Source of the DNA: Candidatus Obscuribacteraceae bacterium
GTDB lineage: Bacteria > Cyanobacteriota > Vampirovibrionia > Obscuribacterales > Obscuribacteraceae
Direction: 5' to 3'
Assembly: GCA_044229845.1 (NCBI GenBank)
Contig: JBGASG010000003.1
Span: forward strand, 128,001 to 192,000
DNA: 64,000 bases
Shown piece after piece: positions 28,405-37,681 of the stretch. The position numbers and the translations under genes are program-made. The notes under the pieces are model-generated. The model had not been told where the DNA came from. It searched no databases and saw only the letters and a program-made list of their open reading frames with translations. Each line of letters begins with the position of its first letter. The first letter of the stretch is position 1.

Positions 28405-30633
28405 CTAGCGTCCCCAATTGTATTCGCTGACACCGCGTCCGCTCTTGACTGGCGAGGCAGAACGAGGGTGTCCGGCCGATGAAGTTCCACTGTTCGAAGT
28501 ATACGAATAGCTTTCTTCCGGATGATATATAACGATCGGCTTCTGCTTTTTGGCCACTTCCTGCTCCTTCGGCATATGCAACGAAAAGTCGCCTCGCAAG
28601 CGGGTGCACGCCGCAAACATCCCGGCCGGTCGCGGATGCTTTATATAGTATTGCCGGTTGTACTCTCTCCAGAGTCGAGCCATCACGGCACCGCCAGTCA
28701 CTTGCGTGCCTGCCACCGGTTTGTTTTCGGAATTGCCCGCCCAGACACTGGTCACCAGATCCGGTGTGAATCCAACAAACCAGATATCTCGTCCTTTGTC
28801 GGCGGTACCGGTCTTGCCGGCAACGGGGCGGTCGGAAAGGCGAGCCGCAACGCCCGTCCCAGATGCCACCACGTCCTGCAGCAGGTCGACAATTTGAGCC
28901 ACTGCCTCGTGATCGAAAACCGGATCTGAATCTTGATGAGAAACCATCAGCACTCGCCCGCCCCTGTCTTCCACCCGGCGGATACAGAGCGCCCGCATGC
29001 GCACTCCGCCACGCGCCAGAGTCGCATAAGCATTGGCCATTTCCATCGGTGAGGCGGCAGAACAGCCAAGCGCCAGGGCCAGTTCGGGCGCCAGGTCCGA
29101 CTCGATGCCCGCCGACTTGGCAGTCGATATCACTTCGCTGATGCCGACGGCTTGCGCCGTACGCAAAGCCGGTATGTTTCTCGAGAAAGCCAGGGCTTCT
29201 TTGACCGTGATGGTGCCCAGAAAGCGCTTATCGAAATTTTGTGGCTTATACTCTTGCCCGTTTCCTTGCTTGATCTGAAATGGCGTGTCATTGATGTAGC
29301 TGTCCGGTGTCAACTGCTTCTCGATGAACGCCGTCAGATAAACAAACGGTTTAAACGCGGAGCCCATGGTATGCGGATTGGTCGCGCAGTTCCACTGGTT
29401 GTCTTCGTAGTTGCCCACGCCGCCGACCAGTGCCACCACCGCTCCGTCGTCGACTCTAATGGAGACGAGCGCTCCCTGATTGATGCCCGCCGGTGCGCTG
29501 CGTATGCCGGCGCCCATCACGCGCTCAGCCGCATCCTGGGCTGCCGGATCGAGATTTGTGTATACCTTTAAGCCGTGGCGTTGCATCTCGGCAGGGCTGA
29601 AACGGTCCTTCACCAGATCCATTACATAACTTATGTAATACGGATACTTGGTGATTTTCTCCACTTTCTCCTTCTCGTCGACGCGCTTGAACACCAGCTC
29701 TTGAGCTTTGGCTTGTTCCCATTGCTGTCCGGTTATGTAGCCGCACTCGTGCATACTGCCGAGCACATCGAGCTGGCGAGCCACCGTTTCGCGCCGGTGC
29801 GCCGCCGAAGGTCCGATGTTCGGATACCGGATGATGCCGGCCAGATAAGCCGCTTCCGCGATCGTCAGTTGCTCGGCACCTTTGCCGAAATATCGGCGCG
29901 CAGCTTGCTCAATGCCGTACGCGCCGTTGCCGAAATAGATCTCGTTCAAATACAGCTCGAGTATTTTCTCCTTGGAGAAACGACTCTCCATCTGCCAGGC
30001 AACAATCGCTTCAGCAAGCTTGAGATCAATGGATCGTTTCTCACCCTCGAAAAACAGATTTTTCACCAGCTGTTGGGTGATCGTCGAACCGCCTTCGACC
30101 ACATGACCGGCAAAGGCGTTGACGGTGGCCGCACGCGCGATGCTCACGAAGTTGATGCCTTTATGTTCGTAAAAATGCCTGTCTTCAGCGGTTAAGACCG
30201 CCCTCTGCAAGAACGGAGACACTTGATTGAGCGGTACGAGCTTGCGTTTCTCGGTGCTCTTCACGGCGCAAATCAGAGCATCGTTGCGATCGAAAAATTG
30301 AATTGCTTCACTGGGCTTGTAATTTTCCAGATATGCCAGGTTGGGCACCTGCGTCAGGCGAAAACCAATCAAAATGGCAAAGAACGCAATCAAGCCGAAT
30401 ACGGCCAATAGTCCGACCTTGAGTCCGGTCGTGACGATGCGGCGCGCAAACTGAGCCGCCACCACAGCATTCTCGTACTGGCGGGTGGCCAGCAGCTTCC
30501 GGCTCCATGAGCCTCGTTTGCGAGGGAATCTGCCTTTGCGCAAAATCTGGCCTAGTCTAGCTGGGAAAGGTTGGTAAGCAATGTTAGGGCTTCTGGATAG
30601 ATTGAAACACGCCGCCGGCGCTCTTGACAACAA
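28405..30633 (-). CDS. Second class A penicillin-binding protein (PBP1A family; start likely downstream of 30633)
   Basis: 'AEDRHFY', 'EGGSTITQQLVKN', 'YLNEIYFG', 'GSAFKP', 'SRN', 'AGKTGT'. Confidence 0.94.
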   Translation of the reverse strand: MLSRAPAACFNLSRSPNIAYQPFPARLGQILRKGRFPRKRGSWSRKLLATRQYENAVVAAQFARRIVTTGLKVGLLAVFGLIAFFAILIGFRLTQVPNLAYLENYKPSEAIQFFDRNDALICAVKSTEKRKLVPLNQVSPFLQRAVLTAEDRHFYEHKGINFVSIARAATVNAFAGHVVEGGSTITQQLVKNLFFEGEKRSIDLKLAEAIVAWQMESRFSKEKILELYLNEIYFGNGAYGIEQAARRYFGKGAEQLTIAEAAYLAGIIRYPNIGPSAAHRRETVARQLDVLGSMHECGYITGQQWEQAKAQELVFKRVDEKEKVEKITKYPYYISYVMDLVKDRFSPAEMQRHGLKVYTNLDPAAQDAAERVMGAGIRSAPAGINQGALVSIRVDDGAVVALVGGVGNYEDNQWNCATNPHTMGSAFKPFVYLTAFIEKQLTPDSYINDTPFQIKQGNGQEYKPQNFDKRFLGTITVKEALAFSRNIPALRTAQAVGISEVISTAKSAGIESDLAPELALALGCSAASPMEMANAYATLARGGVRMRALCIRRVEDRGGRVLMVSHQDSDPVFDHEAVAQIVDLLQDVVASGTGVAARLSDRPVAGKTGTADKGRDIWFVGFTPDLVTSVWAGNSENKPVAGTQVTGGAVMARLWREYNRQYYIKHPRPAGMFAACTRLRGDFSLHMPKEQEVAKKQKPIVIYHPEESYSYTSNSGTSSAGHPRSASPVKSGRGVSEYNWGR

Positions 30634-30722
30634 GTATTCACTGCTAATCCCCGTTTCGAGGATCGCAAATATCTAAGAAGGTGCATAATTAGAGGGGTAA
30701 CAGCTGTTCGGATCGCCTCTCG

Positions 30723-31217
30723 ATGAAGTTTGCCGGTATGCGGTTAGCACATTTCACGCTGTCAGTCCTTTCGACAGCGGTTCTTTCTTTATCGGCGCCG
30801 GGTCGGGCGCAGGATCAGCCCAAGCCCGACGCGGGCAAACCGGCGTTGATACCGGGCATCGCCGCCGGCGGCAAATCCTTCAAGCAACCCTACGGGATGC
30901 ACCTGGAGCCGATTCTCAAAACAATCAAGGCTAATGACGACCAGCGAAAGAAAATCACCGCCATCGTCAACAATTACAAGCCCAAAATTCAGCCACTGCG
31001 TGAGCAATACAACCTGAAGCGCGAGGAGTTCTTGAAGTCGATCTGCGACGGCAAGGAAGACGAGGTGGTCATGTCGCAGCAGGTGGAGTTAGGGCGCCTG
31101 TATTCTGACATCACCTCCCAATACACTTTTATGCGTCTGGAAATTCGCAAGTTTTTGTCGCCGGACCAGATTCTTCTTATGGAAAAGTACCGAAAACAGC
31201 AGGGCTGGTCGCGCTAG
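30723..31217 (+). CDS. Spy/CpxP family periplasmic chaperone-like protein
   Basis: Signal peptide; LTxxQ-like motifs 'ANDDQ' and 'LSPDQ'. Confidence 0.7.
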   Translation: MKFAGMRLAHFTLSVLSTAVLSLSAPGRAQDQPKPDAGKPALIPGIAAGGKSFKQPYGMHLEPILKTIKANDDQRKKITAIVNNYKPKIQPLREQYNLKREEFLKSICDGKEDEVVMSQQVELGRLYSDITSQYTFMRLEIRKFLSPDQILLMEKYRKQQGWSR

Positions 31218-31228
31218 AGCCCGTATAA

Positions 31229-32509
31229 TTGACCCCCATTATGAAGTTCGGACTTACGGCACAAATTTTTGTTGGTCTGGTCGCCGGCATCTTGATTGGC
31301 TGGCTGTGGCCGCAGGTCGGTGTGGCAGTGGCACCGGGCGCCGAAGTTTTCTTGCGCCTGATCAAGACCATCATTGCACCGCTCGTATTCGCCACTCTGG
31401 TCGTCGGGATCGCCGGGCACGGCAACCTGTCTTCGGTCGGACGACTGGGTGTCAAGTCGCTGATCTATTTCGAGGTGGTCACCACTTTCGCGCTGGTGAT
31501 CGGTCTCTTCATGGTCAACTGGCTCCAGCCGGGAGCCGGGATCAATCTGTCGGCAGTCACCGATAGTAGTGCCGTCGGCGATCTGGTCTCGAAGCAACCG
31601 GCAGCCGGAGACTTGATCACGCACGTGTTTCCGACCAGCATTGTCGATGCCATGGCCCGCGGCGACGTGCTGCAAATCGTGGTCTTCTCAATCATCTTCG
31701 CTGCTGCTGTATCCGCCACCCGCGCGCAACCGATTCTGGATTTTTGCCAGTCACTTTCCGAAGTGATGTTCAAATATACCGGCTATGTCATGAAGTTCGC
31801 GCCAATCGGTGTTGCTTGCGCCATGGCAGCCACGGTCGGCAAACACGGACTGCTGGTGCTGTTTTCGCTGGGCAAACTGGTCGGCACCCTCTATCTGGCG
31901 CTCTTCGTATTCATCGTAGTGGTACTGGGTACGGTGGCATGGATCGCCCGTGTACCCTTGAAGGAGTTTCTGTCCGCGGTGCGCGAACCGATGCTGCTGG
32001 CATTCTCGACAACATCGAGCGAAGCAGCTCTGCCGAAAGCCATGCAGGCAATGGAGAGTATCGGTGTTCCCCGACGCGTGATCAGTTTTGTGCTGCCGCT
32101 CGGCTATACATTCAATTTGGACGGCACGACCTTGTACCTCTCGCTGGCAGCCGTCTTTATCGCTCAAGCGGCCGGCATTCAACTGCCGTTGCAAACACAA
32201 TTGCTGATGCTGGTCACCCTGTTATTGACCAGCAAAGGCGTGGCGGCTGTACCGCGCGCCTCCCTGGTGATATTGGCAGGCACACTGAGCACGTTCAACT
32301 TGCCGCTCTCCGGCATCGCTCTCATTCTCGGCGTAGACACTGTCATGGATATGGCCCGTACGTCAGTCAACGTGTTGGGCAATTGCCTGGCATCGGTGGT
32401 AATGGCACGCTGGGAAGGCGTGTTCAAAGAAGAGCAAACCAAACCGGAGACGGTGGTCGATGAAACTCGCTTTGAAAATCTGGATGAAACGGCACCGGCC
32501 GGAATCTGA
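31229..32509 (+). CDS. Dicarboxylate/amino acid:cation symporter (GltP/DctA family)
   Basis: 'FLRLIKTIIAPLVF', 'AFSTTSSEAALP', 'GYTFNLDGT', 'DMARTSVNVLGN'. Confidence 0.95.
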   Translation: MTPIMKFGLTAQIFVGLVAGILIGWLWPQVGVAVAPGAEVFLRLIKTIIAPLVFATLVVGIAGHGNLSSVGRLGVKSLIYFEVVTTFALVIGLFMVNWLQPGAGINLSAVTDSSAVGDLVSKQPAAGDLITHVFPTSIVDAMARGDVLQIVVFSIIFAAAVSATRAQPILDFCQSLSEVMFKYTGYVMKFAPIGVACAMAATVGKHGLLVLFSLGKLVGTLYLALFVFIVVVLGTVAWIARVPLKEFLSAVREPMLLAFSTTSSEAALPKAMQAMESIGVPRRVISFVLPLGYTFNLDGTTLYLSLAAVFIAQAAGIQLPLQTQLLMLVTLLLTSKGVAAVPRASLVILAGTLSTFNLPLSGIALILGVDTVMDMARTSVNVLGNCLASVVMARWEGVFKEEQTKPETVVDETRFENLDETAPAGI

Positions 32510-32535
32510 GTCACCGGCGATTTGCAACTAGGTTA

Positions 32536-32817
32536 CTACTTGTCCTTGTCGGTCATGGTGGCATCCATGGCGGTGGTATCACCGCCGGTTCCAGCCCCTT
32601 CTTTGGCGCCTTTGCTGCCGACGATCAAGATGGCGAAGACTACCGATGCCACAACCGCGGCCACCGCGTACCCCAGCGTCAGCGGTGAATGGTTCTGCAT
32701 AAACTGGTAACCGAAAACACCGGCGGCAGCCAGACCCGGCAGCATGCACAGCCACCAGGCGAAGTTGTTGTCCATGTCCTCTTCATCGGTGACGGGCGGG
32801 TCTTTGAAGTCGACCAT
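32536..32817 (-). CDS. Small two-helix membrane protein
   Basis: Two hydrophobic segments; GAGG upstream of ATG. Confidence 0.6.
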   Translation of the reverse strand: MVDFKDPPVTDEEDMDNNFAWWLCMLPGLAAAGVFGYQFMQNHSPLTLGYAVAAVVASVVFAILIVGSKGAKEGAGTGGDTTAMDATMTDKDK

Positions 32818-32915
32818 GTCTATCTAGTTTCCTCAAAATGACAACTGGTAATTTGAAGAGCTTACTCGATTGGAACCAACGTAGCAACTCCTGTCATGTG
32901 ACACCTTATCTGGTG

Positions 32916-33608
32916 CTACTCGCCGCTCCACATCAGATTCCATTGGGCAGCCCTTTCATACTCTTGTATGGGATAGGGCACTTTCTTCTCCAACTCGAGC
33001 GTTGGAATGCCGCGGTTCTTTGCCGGATCTGACCAGCGAAACTCTTTTGGAGAAACACTGAAAGGCGTCATGTTCACGCCGTCGCCGTCTTGAAACATGA
33101 TGATGAACCGCTCCCAACCGCAAAACGCGTTGATCGCCTGTTCTGAACCGAGTAGAGCCAGACGGAAGTTAACACCACCATCCACCCACTGTGATCTCAG
33201 ACGCGCTTCCACGCCTGCTGTTTCCAGGTTGATCGGCGCCCAGGTTGTCCATTTGGCGACCGCCTGCAATCTGTGCGGTGGAAACTCAGCCTCATAGGCC
33301 GCCTTCTGTGCCTCAGCTTCTGCCTTCTCAGCCGCCGTCTGCTCCGCCCACTGCATCGCCTGCTGGCGCTTTTGCTGGGCCCAATCCCGAGATTGCTGTC
33401 GTTGCTGCAGAAGCTCGTTTGCTTTTGCCAGATCTTGTGCCTGTCGGGCCTTCAGTTCAGCCGTCTGACGTTCTTGATCGGACTTGTATGCATAAAAGGC
33501 GAGACTGGCCAGGATCAGTACAGCCAATACGACAACAACGACGATGATAACTAGCTTTCCGTCGGCGCCGCGCGGCTTCCTAAGCGACTTTTGCATGCCT
33601 GTATTCAC
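32916..33608 (-). CDS. Membrane-anchored hypothetical protein with Gln/Ala coiled-coil stalk
   Basis: Single N-terminal TM, helical stalk, globular C-terminus. Confidence 0.65.
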   Translation of the reverse strand: MNTGMQKSLRKPRGADGKLVIIVVVVVLAVLILASLAFYAYKSDQERQTAELKARQAQDLAKANELLQQRQQSRDWAQQKRQQAMQWAEQTAAEKAEAEAQKAAYEAEFPPHRLQAVAKWTTWAPINLETAGVEARLRSQWVDGGVNFRLALLGSEQAINAFCGWERFIIMFQDGDGVNMTPFSVSPKEFRWSDPAKNRGIPTLELEKKVPYPIQEYERAAQWNLMWSGE

Positions 33609-33772
33609 ATCCTTTTCCAGTCGGCGGATCTTCTGAAAACCGTCACCCGTGTTACCTTTGCATTTTAAAATCTTTGCGAAGCAACCGCTTGTAAAGAGAA
33701 CGCGGTATCATATCCGTTTGGTGATCGTACAAGTCATGATAGTTATTATCTAACCACTGAAGAGATATTTGC

Positions 33773-34465
33773 GTGTCGGATGTAGCTCTAACTCTTTGCC
33801 TGATCAACTTTGGCTATATAGCCCTCTTGCCCCGCAAGTTTTTCAAACGGGGCAGCAAGCTGACATGGCAGTGGTGGGCGACTGCCTGGCCGCTGTTTGC
33901 CATGCCGGCCCTGTTGGCTTTGCATTACGCCGGCTGGATGCCCACACTGCTCGATGATCGCGAATTGCGGCCTTATCTGCCGGTGCTCGCTGTCTTGTCA
34001 GTTGTTCTCAGCACACTCTCGCTGGTGATTGTCGGATTCACAATCGGTACGCATCGCGTGCCTATTTACATGTTTCATGACAAGGAAGATTCGGGCCAGA
34101 CCAAGCACCTGGTTACCTGGGGACCTTATCAGTGGATCCGCCACCCGCTCTATGCTTCATACGTCTACGCCTTGATTGCCGGCACGATGTACGCCCCGTC
34201 GATCGCCACTTTCATCTGCCTGATTTACGGTTATGCCGCTCTCGATTACACGGCGTCCAGGGAAGAAAAACGGTTATCCGGACATGATGAATTCGGCGAT
34301 GAGTATCGCGATTACATCAAAGTCACCGGACGTTTCTGGCCGCCACTGGCGCCCATCTTCCGCTACACAGGTTTCCTCTCCAAAGCCCACAAAGAAAAAG
34401 TCGAGGCCGCCGCAACAGCCAACGTTGCTAACACGCAGCCGACTGCTTCTGCCAATCCTCAATAA
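33773..34465 (+). CDS. Isoprenylcysteine carboxyl methyltransferase/PEMT family membrane protein
   Basis: 'LVTWGPYQWIRHPLY', 'EEKRL', 'FGDEYRDY...TGRFWP'. Confidence 0.88.
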   Translation: MSDVALTLCLINFGYIALLPRKFFKRGSKLTWQWWATAWPLFAMPALLALHYAGWMPTLLDDRELRPYLPVLAVLSVVLSTLSLVIVGFTIGTHRVPIYMFHDKEDSGQTKHLVTWGPYQWIRHPLYASYVYALIAGTMYAPSIATFICLIYGYAALDYTASREEKRLSGHDEFGDEYRDYIKVTGRFWPPLAPIFRYTGFLSKAHKEKVEAAATANVANTQPTASANPQ

Positions 34466-34472
34466 GGCAGTT

Positions 34473-35594
34473 GTGAGAAATCCGATTTCAATCCTGACCG
34501 GACTCGCCCTCTGTTTCAGTCTCACTGGCGGAAGCAGTCTCACTGGCGGAAGCAGTCTCGCCGCAGAATCGACCGCGCCGGTCAAGGGCATATCCAGCCA
34601 GGCAGACAAAGCGAAAAGCAAATCGAGCGCCAGGGCACTTTCGGACGCAGAATTACGCAAGCGTTATCGTCAGACCAGAGGCACACCGCCTTGCCTGACC
34701 TGGGCAGTTCCCGATGGTGCACCACGCGCGGTGCTTCTTTGTGTGCACGGCTGCGGACTGCACGCCGGATCGTATAAAGATCTCGGTGAACAACTGGCGG
34801 CTCGCGGCATCGTCACTTACGCCGTTGATGTGCGTGGTTTCGGTTCGTTCCAACAAGCAGAAGGCCGTGACGTCATTGATTTGAAAGGCTGCTGCTGGGA
34901 TGTGGAAGAAACTCTCAAAGTATTGCGGAAAGCACATCCTGGGATACCCGTTTATTTGCTCGGCGAATCTATGGGCGGGGCGATCACTTTGCATGTGACG
35001 TCGGAGCATCCAGAGTTGGTGGATGGTCTCATCTCTTCAGTGCCGGCCGGGCATCGTTTCAAACAAACAGGCACAGATCTGAAAGTCGCCTGGCACGCGC
35101 TTAAAGGCGGATTGCACAAGAATTTCAACATCGGCGAAACGATTATCAACCAGGCCACATCCAAGCCCGAGTTGCGCAAGGAGTGGGCTGAAGACCCGAT
35201 GGCGCGCATGAACCTTTCACCGGCGGAATTGCTGGAGTTCAAACATTTTTGCGATCACAACGAGCAGTGCGCACTGAAAGTAACGAAAACACCTGTGCTC
35301 TTCGTTCAAGGCTGCGGCGACCGCCTGATTCATCCTGAGTCCACCTACAGGATTTTCCACAAACTGCCGGTCGAGGACAAATGGTTGCTTCAAGTCGGCA
35401 ACGCCGAGCATTTGATTTTCGAGGAACACCAGTTTAACGATGCCGTCCTCGATGTATTGGTCAAATGGATCGATCAGCCCGGCGAAAAACGCAGTGCCCT
35501 CGATCCCAAGTCCAGCGGGTGCAAAGTCAGCAACAACCAGATAAACTATCCGGACGGCAGCAGCTCCGGGGTGCTGAACGGCTCCCAGAACTGA
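34473..35594 (+). CDS. Exported alpha/beta hydrolase (lysophospholipase/monoacylglycerol lipase type)
   Basis: 'VHGCG', 'DVRGFG', nucleophile 'GESMGG', 'QGCGD', 'AEH'; GTG at 34473 directly after previous stop. Confidence 0.88.
   Translation: MRNPISILTGLALCFSLTGGSSLTGGSSLAAESTAPVKGISSQADKAKSKSSARALSDAELRKRYRQTRGTPPCLTWAVPDGAPRAVLLCVHGCGLHAGSYKDLGEQLAARGIVTYAVDVRGFGSFQQAEGRDVIDLKGCCWDVEETLKVLRKAHPGIPVYLLGESMGGAITLHVTSEHPELVDGLISSVPAGHRFKQTGTDLKVAWHALKGGLHKNFNIGETIINQATSKPELRKEWAEDPMARMNLSPAELLEFKHFCDHNEQCALKVTKTPVLFVQGCGDRLIHPESTYRIFHKLPVEDKWLLQVGNAEHLIFEEHQFNDAVLDVLVKWIDQPGEKRSALDPKSSGCKVSNNQINYPDGSSSGVLNGSQN
34517..34559 (+). repeat. In-frame 18-bp tandem duplication in the hydrolase signal region (SLTGGS x2)
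   Basis: CAGTCTCACTGGCGGAAG at 34517 and 34535, plus partial CAGTCTC. Confidence 0.85.
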
Positions 35595-35621
35595 TTGCCC
35601 CAGACAGACAGGGAGGACCCA

Positions 35622-36365
35622 ATGTTTTCCGGGAGTTCGCCCTCTTCATTTGTCGACCGCCGGGACGCGGGACGCCGCTTGGGCAGAGAACTGCTCAAGT
35701 ATCGCCAGCGACGTGATGTCATCGTCTTGGGCTTACCGCGCGGAGGCGTGCCGGTGGCTTTTGAAGTGGCGAAGTACTTGCAGGCTCCGATGGATGTTTT
35801 CATCGTCCGCAAGCTGGGCGTGCCCGGGCATGAAGAGTTGGCTATGGGTGCCATTGCCAGCGGTGGCACCATCGTACGCAACGAAGATGTGATAAAGCAT
35901 GTGGGAGTCTCGTCGGACACCTTCGATCTGGTTGTCGATCGCGAGCTGGCTGAACTGGCTCGCAGAGAATACGCTTATCGCGGCAAGCGACCACCGATCA
36001 ATCTCTTCGACAAAGTAGTCGTTCTAGTAGATGATGGTATCGCAACCGGTGCCTCGATGCGGGCTGCCGTGGAAGCAGTACGCATCAGCCGACCAAAACT
36101 GATCGTAGTCGCCGTACCGGTGGCGGCCGCCGGCACATTGTTCGACTTCAACAATCGCGTCGCGCCTACAATCGCCGTTCAAGCGCCCTCCGACTTCTTC
36201 AACGTCGGTGCCTGGTACGAGGACTTCTCTCAAACCAGTGATGAGGAAGTAGAACAGCTCCTATCCGCCGGCAGGGATGCAGCACAATCAGCAACATCAG
36301 CAAACGACGCCGGCTTTGATGAGCCGGATCGTCCGAGTCAACCGGGCTTGCCGGAGCTGCGTTAG
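35622..36365 (+). CDS. Type I phosphoribosyltransferase family protein
   Basis: 'LGLPRGGVPVA', PRPP loop 'VLVDDGIATGAS'; GGAGG upstream of ATG 35622. Confidence 0.9.
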   Translation: MFSGSSPSSFVDRRDAGRRLGRELLKYRQRRDVIVLGLPRGGVPVAFEVAKYLQAPMDVFIVRKLGVPGHEELAMGAIASGGTIVRNEDVIKHVGVSSDTFDLVVDRELAELARREYAYRGKRPPINLFDKVVVLVDDGIATGASMRAAVEAVRISRPKLIVVAVPVAAAGTLFDFNNRVAPTIAVQAPSDFFNVGAWYEDFSQTSDEEVEQLLSAGRDAAQSATSANDAGFDEPDRPSQPGLPELR

Positions 36366-36395
36366 AATACAGACTGCGTCGAGAAACGAGGAAAC

Positions 36396-37340
36396 ATGCA
36401 GGGTTCGCAAGGTTCGCAAGGTTCGGCGTTGAGCGGGTGCTTCGACTCGCTGAAACAGCTGGGTCATCATAACATCGCAGACTTACCGTCACGCGTGGAG
36501 CCCAAGACCGTGCTCATGTGCGGCCCCGACTACTTCGAAGTCAAAGACGTGAAGAACCCGCATATGGCTGAGCACGTCGGTACGACGGACAGACAAGCGG
36601 CGATTTTAGAGTGGGAAAAGCTGCGGCATACTTTCGAAGGGCTGGGTTATCCGGTCAACGTCGTTCCGGCCCAACCGGGACTGGAAGACATGGTGTATGC
36701 AGCCAATCAGGTGTTTGTCGGAACGGACGCCGACGGCACCCGACTGTGCATTCCGGCGAACATGAAACACAGTGCCAGGCAGAAGGAAGTGCCTTTTTAC
36801 GTTGACTGGTTCAGGGCGCACGGCTACAAAGTCCAGGACCTGACCGATGATTCCGGGTCCAAAGCTCCACGCTTCGAAGGACACGGAGATGCTTTGTGGC
36901 ATCCGTCCCGGCGCCTGATCTGGGGAGCCTACGGGTTCCGCACTGAAGCTCCGGCGTACGACCATCTAGCCAGATTGATAGATGCGCCGATTTTGCGGCT
37001 GCGCCTGGTTGATGACGTGTTCTACCACCTGGACACGTGCCTGGCTCCACTCGATGAGGAGACGGCCATGTACTACCCATCCGCTTTCGATGCCGATGGG
37101 CGAGAGTTACTGGCAGCAGTTTTCAAAAACCTTCTCGCTGTCAATGCCAAGGAGGCTGCCAATTTCGCCTGTAACGCAGCTGTCTTAGGCCGAAACGTAG
37201 TCATGCAGAAGGGTTCGCCGGAAATCCGCAAACGCTTGCAGGTCTTGGACTTCGAAGTTTGCGAGGTCGACACTTCCGAGTTCATCAAGGGCGGGGGAAG
37301 CGTCTTTTGCCTCAAAACGATGGTCTATTCAACAGGTTAA
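36396..37340 (+). CDS. Amidinotransferase/dimethylarginine dimethylaminohydrolase family protein
   Basis: 'DMVYAAN', 'FEGHGD', 'FYHLDTC', 'NFACN', 'EFIKGGGSVFC'. Confidence 0.9.
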   Translation: MQGSQGSQGSALSGCFDSLKQLGHHNIADLPSRVEPKTVLMCGPDYFEVKDVKNPHMAEHVGTTDRQAAILEWEKLRHTFEGLGYPVNVVPAQPGLEDMVYAANQVFVGTDADGTRLCIPANMKHSARQKEVPFYVDWFRAHGYKVQDLTDDSGSKAPRFEGHGDALWHPSRRLIWGAYGFRTEAPAYDHLARLIDAPILRLRLVDDVFYHLDTCLAPLDEETAMYYPSAFDADGRELLAAVFKNLLAVNAKEAANFACNAAVLGRNVVMQKGSPEIRKRLQVLDFEVCEVDTSEFIKGGGSVFCLKTMVYSTG

Positions 37341-37451
37341 CAAGGTGGGAATTCCACCCCCCCACGCGTAGAAATCCCAATATACGTAGCAACATTAGAG
37401 GATTATCATTGCCGCATTAAACGAACTCCGGTTCAGCAAAGGTGCAGGACG

Positions 37452-37577
37452 ATGGAATCTCTAAACAAAAAATCCAACCCCGAAGTCAAAAAAGACGACG
37501 ACAAGGCACCGGAAACTCACAACTGCAAAAACGGCGTTTGCACAGTGCAGTGGAAGCCAGTGAGACCAGCAGCCTAG
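37452..37577 (+). CDS. 41-aa small protein MESLNKKSNPEVKKDDDKAPETHNCKNGVCTVQWKPVRPAA (absent from ORF track)
   Basis: Read manually; ATG 37452 with AAGG..AGGA upstream, TAG 37575-37577; fills an otherwise empty gap. Confidence 0.55.
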   Translation: MESLNKKSNPEVKKDDDKAPETHNCKNGVCTVQWKPVRPAA

Positions 37578-37616
37578 TCCAAACCTGTCCAGTCCAGACC
37601 TGTCCGGTCCAAACCC
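37577..37616. repeat. Imperfect 15-bp tandem repeat (GTCCARACCTGTCCR)
   Basis: gtccaaacctgtcca / gtccagacctgtccg / gtccaaaccc. Confidence 0.7.
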
Positions 37617-37681
37617 ACCCACCGACCAAAAGCGCGAAAACCCACCAAAAGTTCGCGCATTAGTAAGACAGCCTGCCAGGG

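Noticed and set aside
34233..34472. Extended start of the hydrolase overlapping the methyltransferase gene
   Set aside because: An in-frame GTG at 34473 gives a signal-peptide-like N-terminus without a 230-bp overlap.
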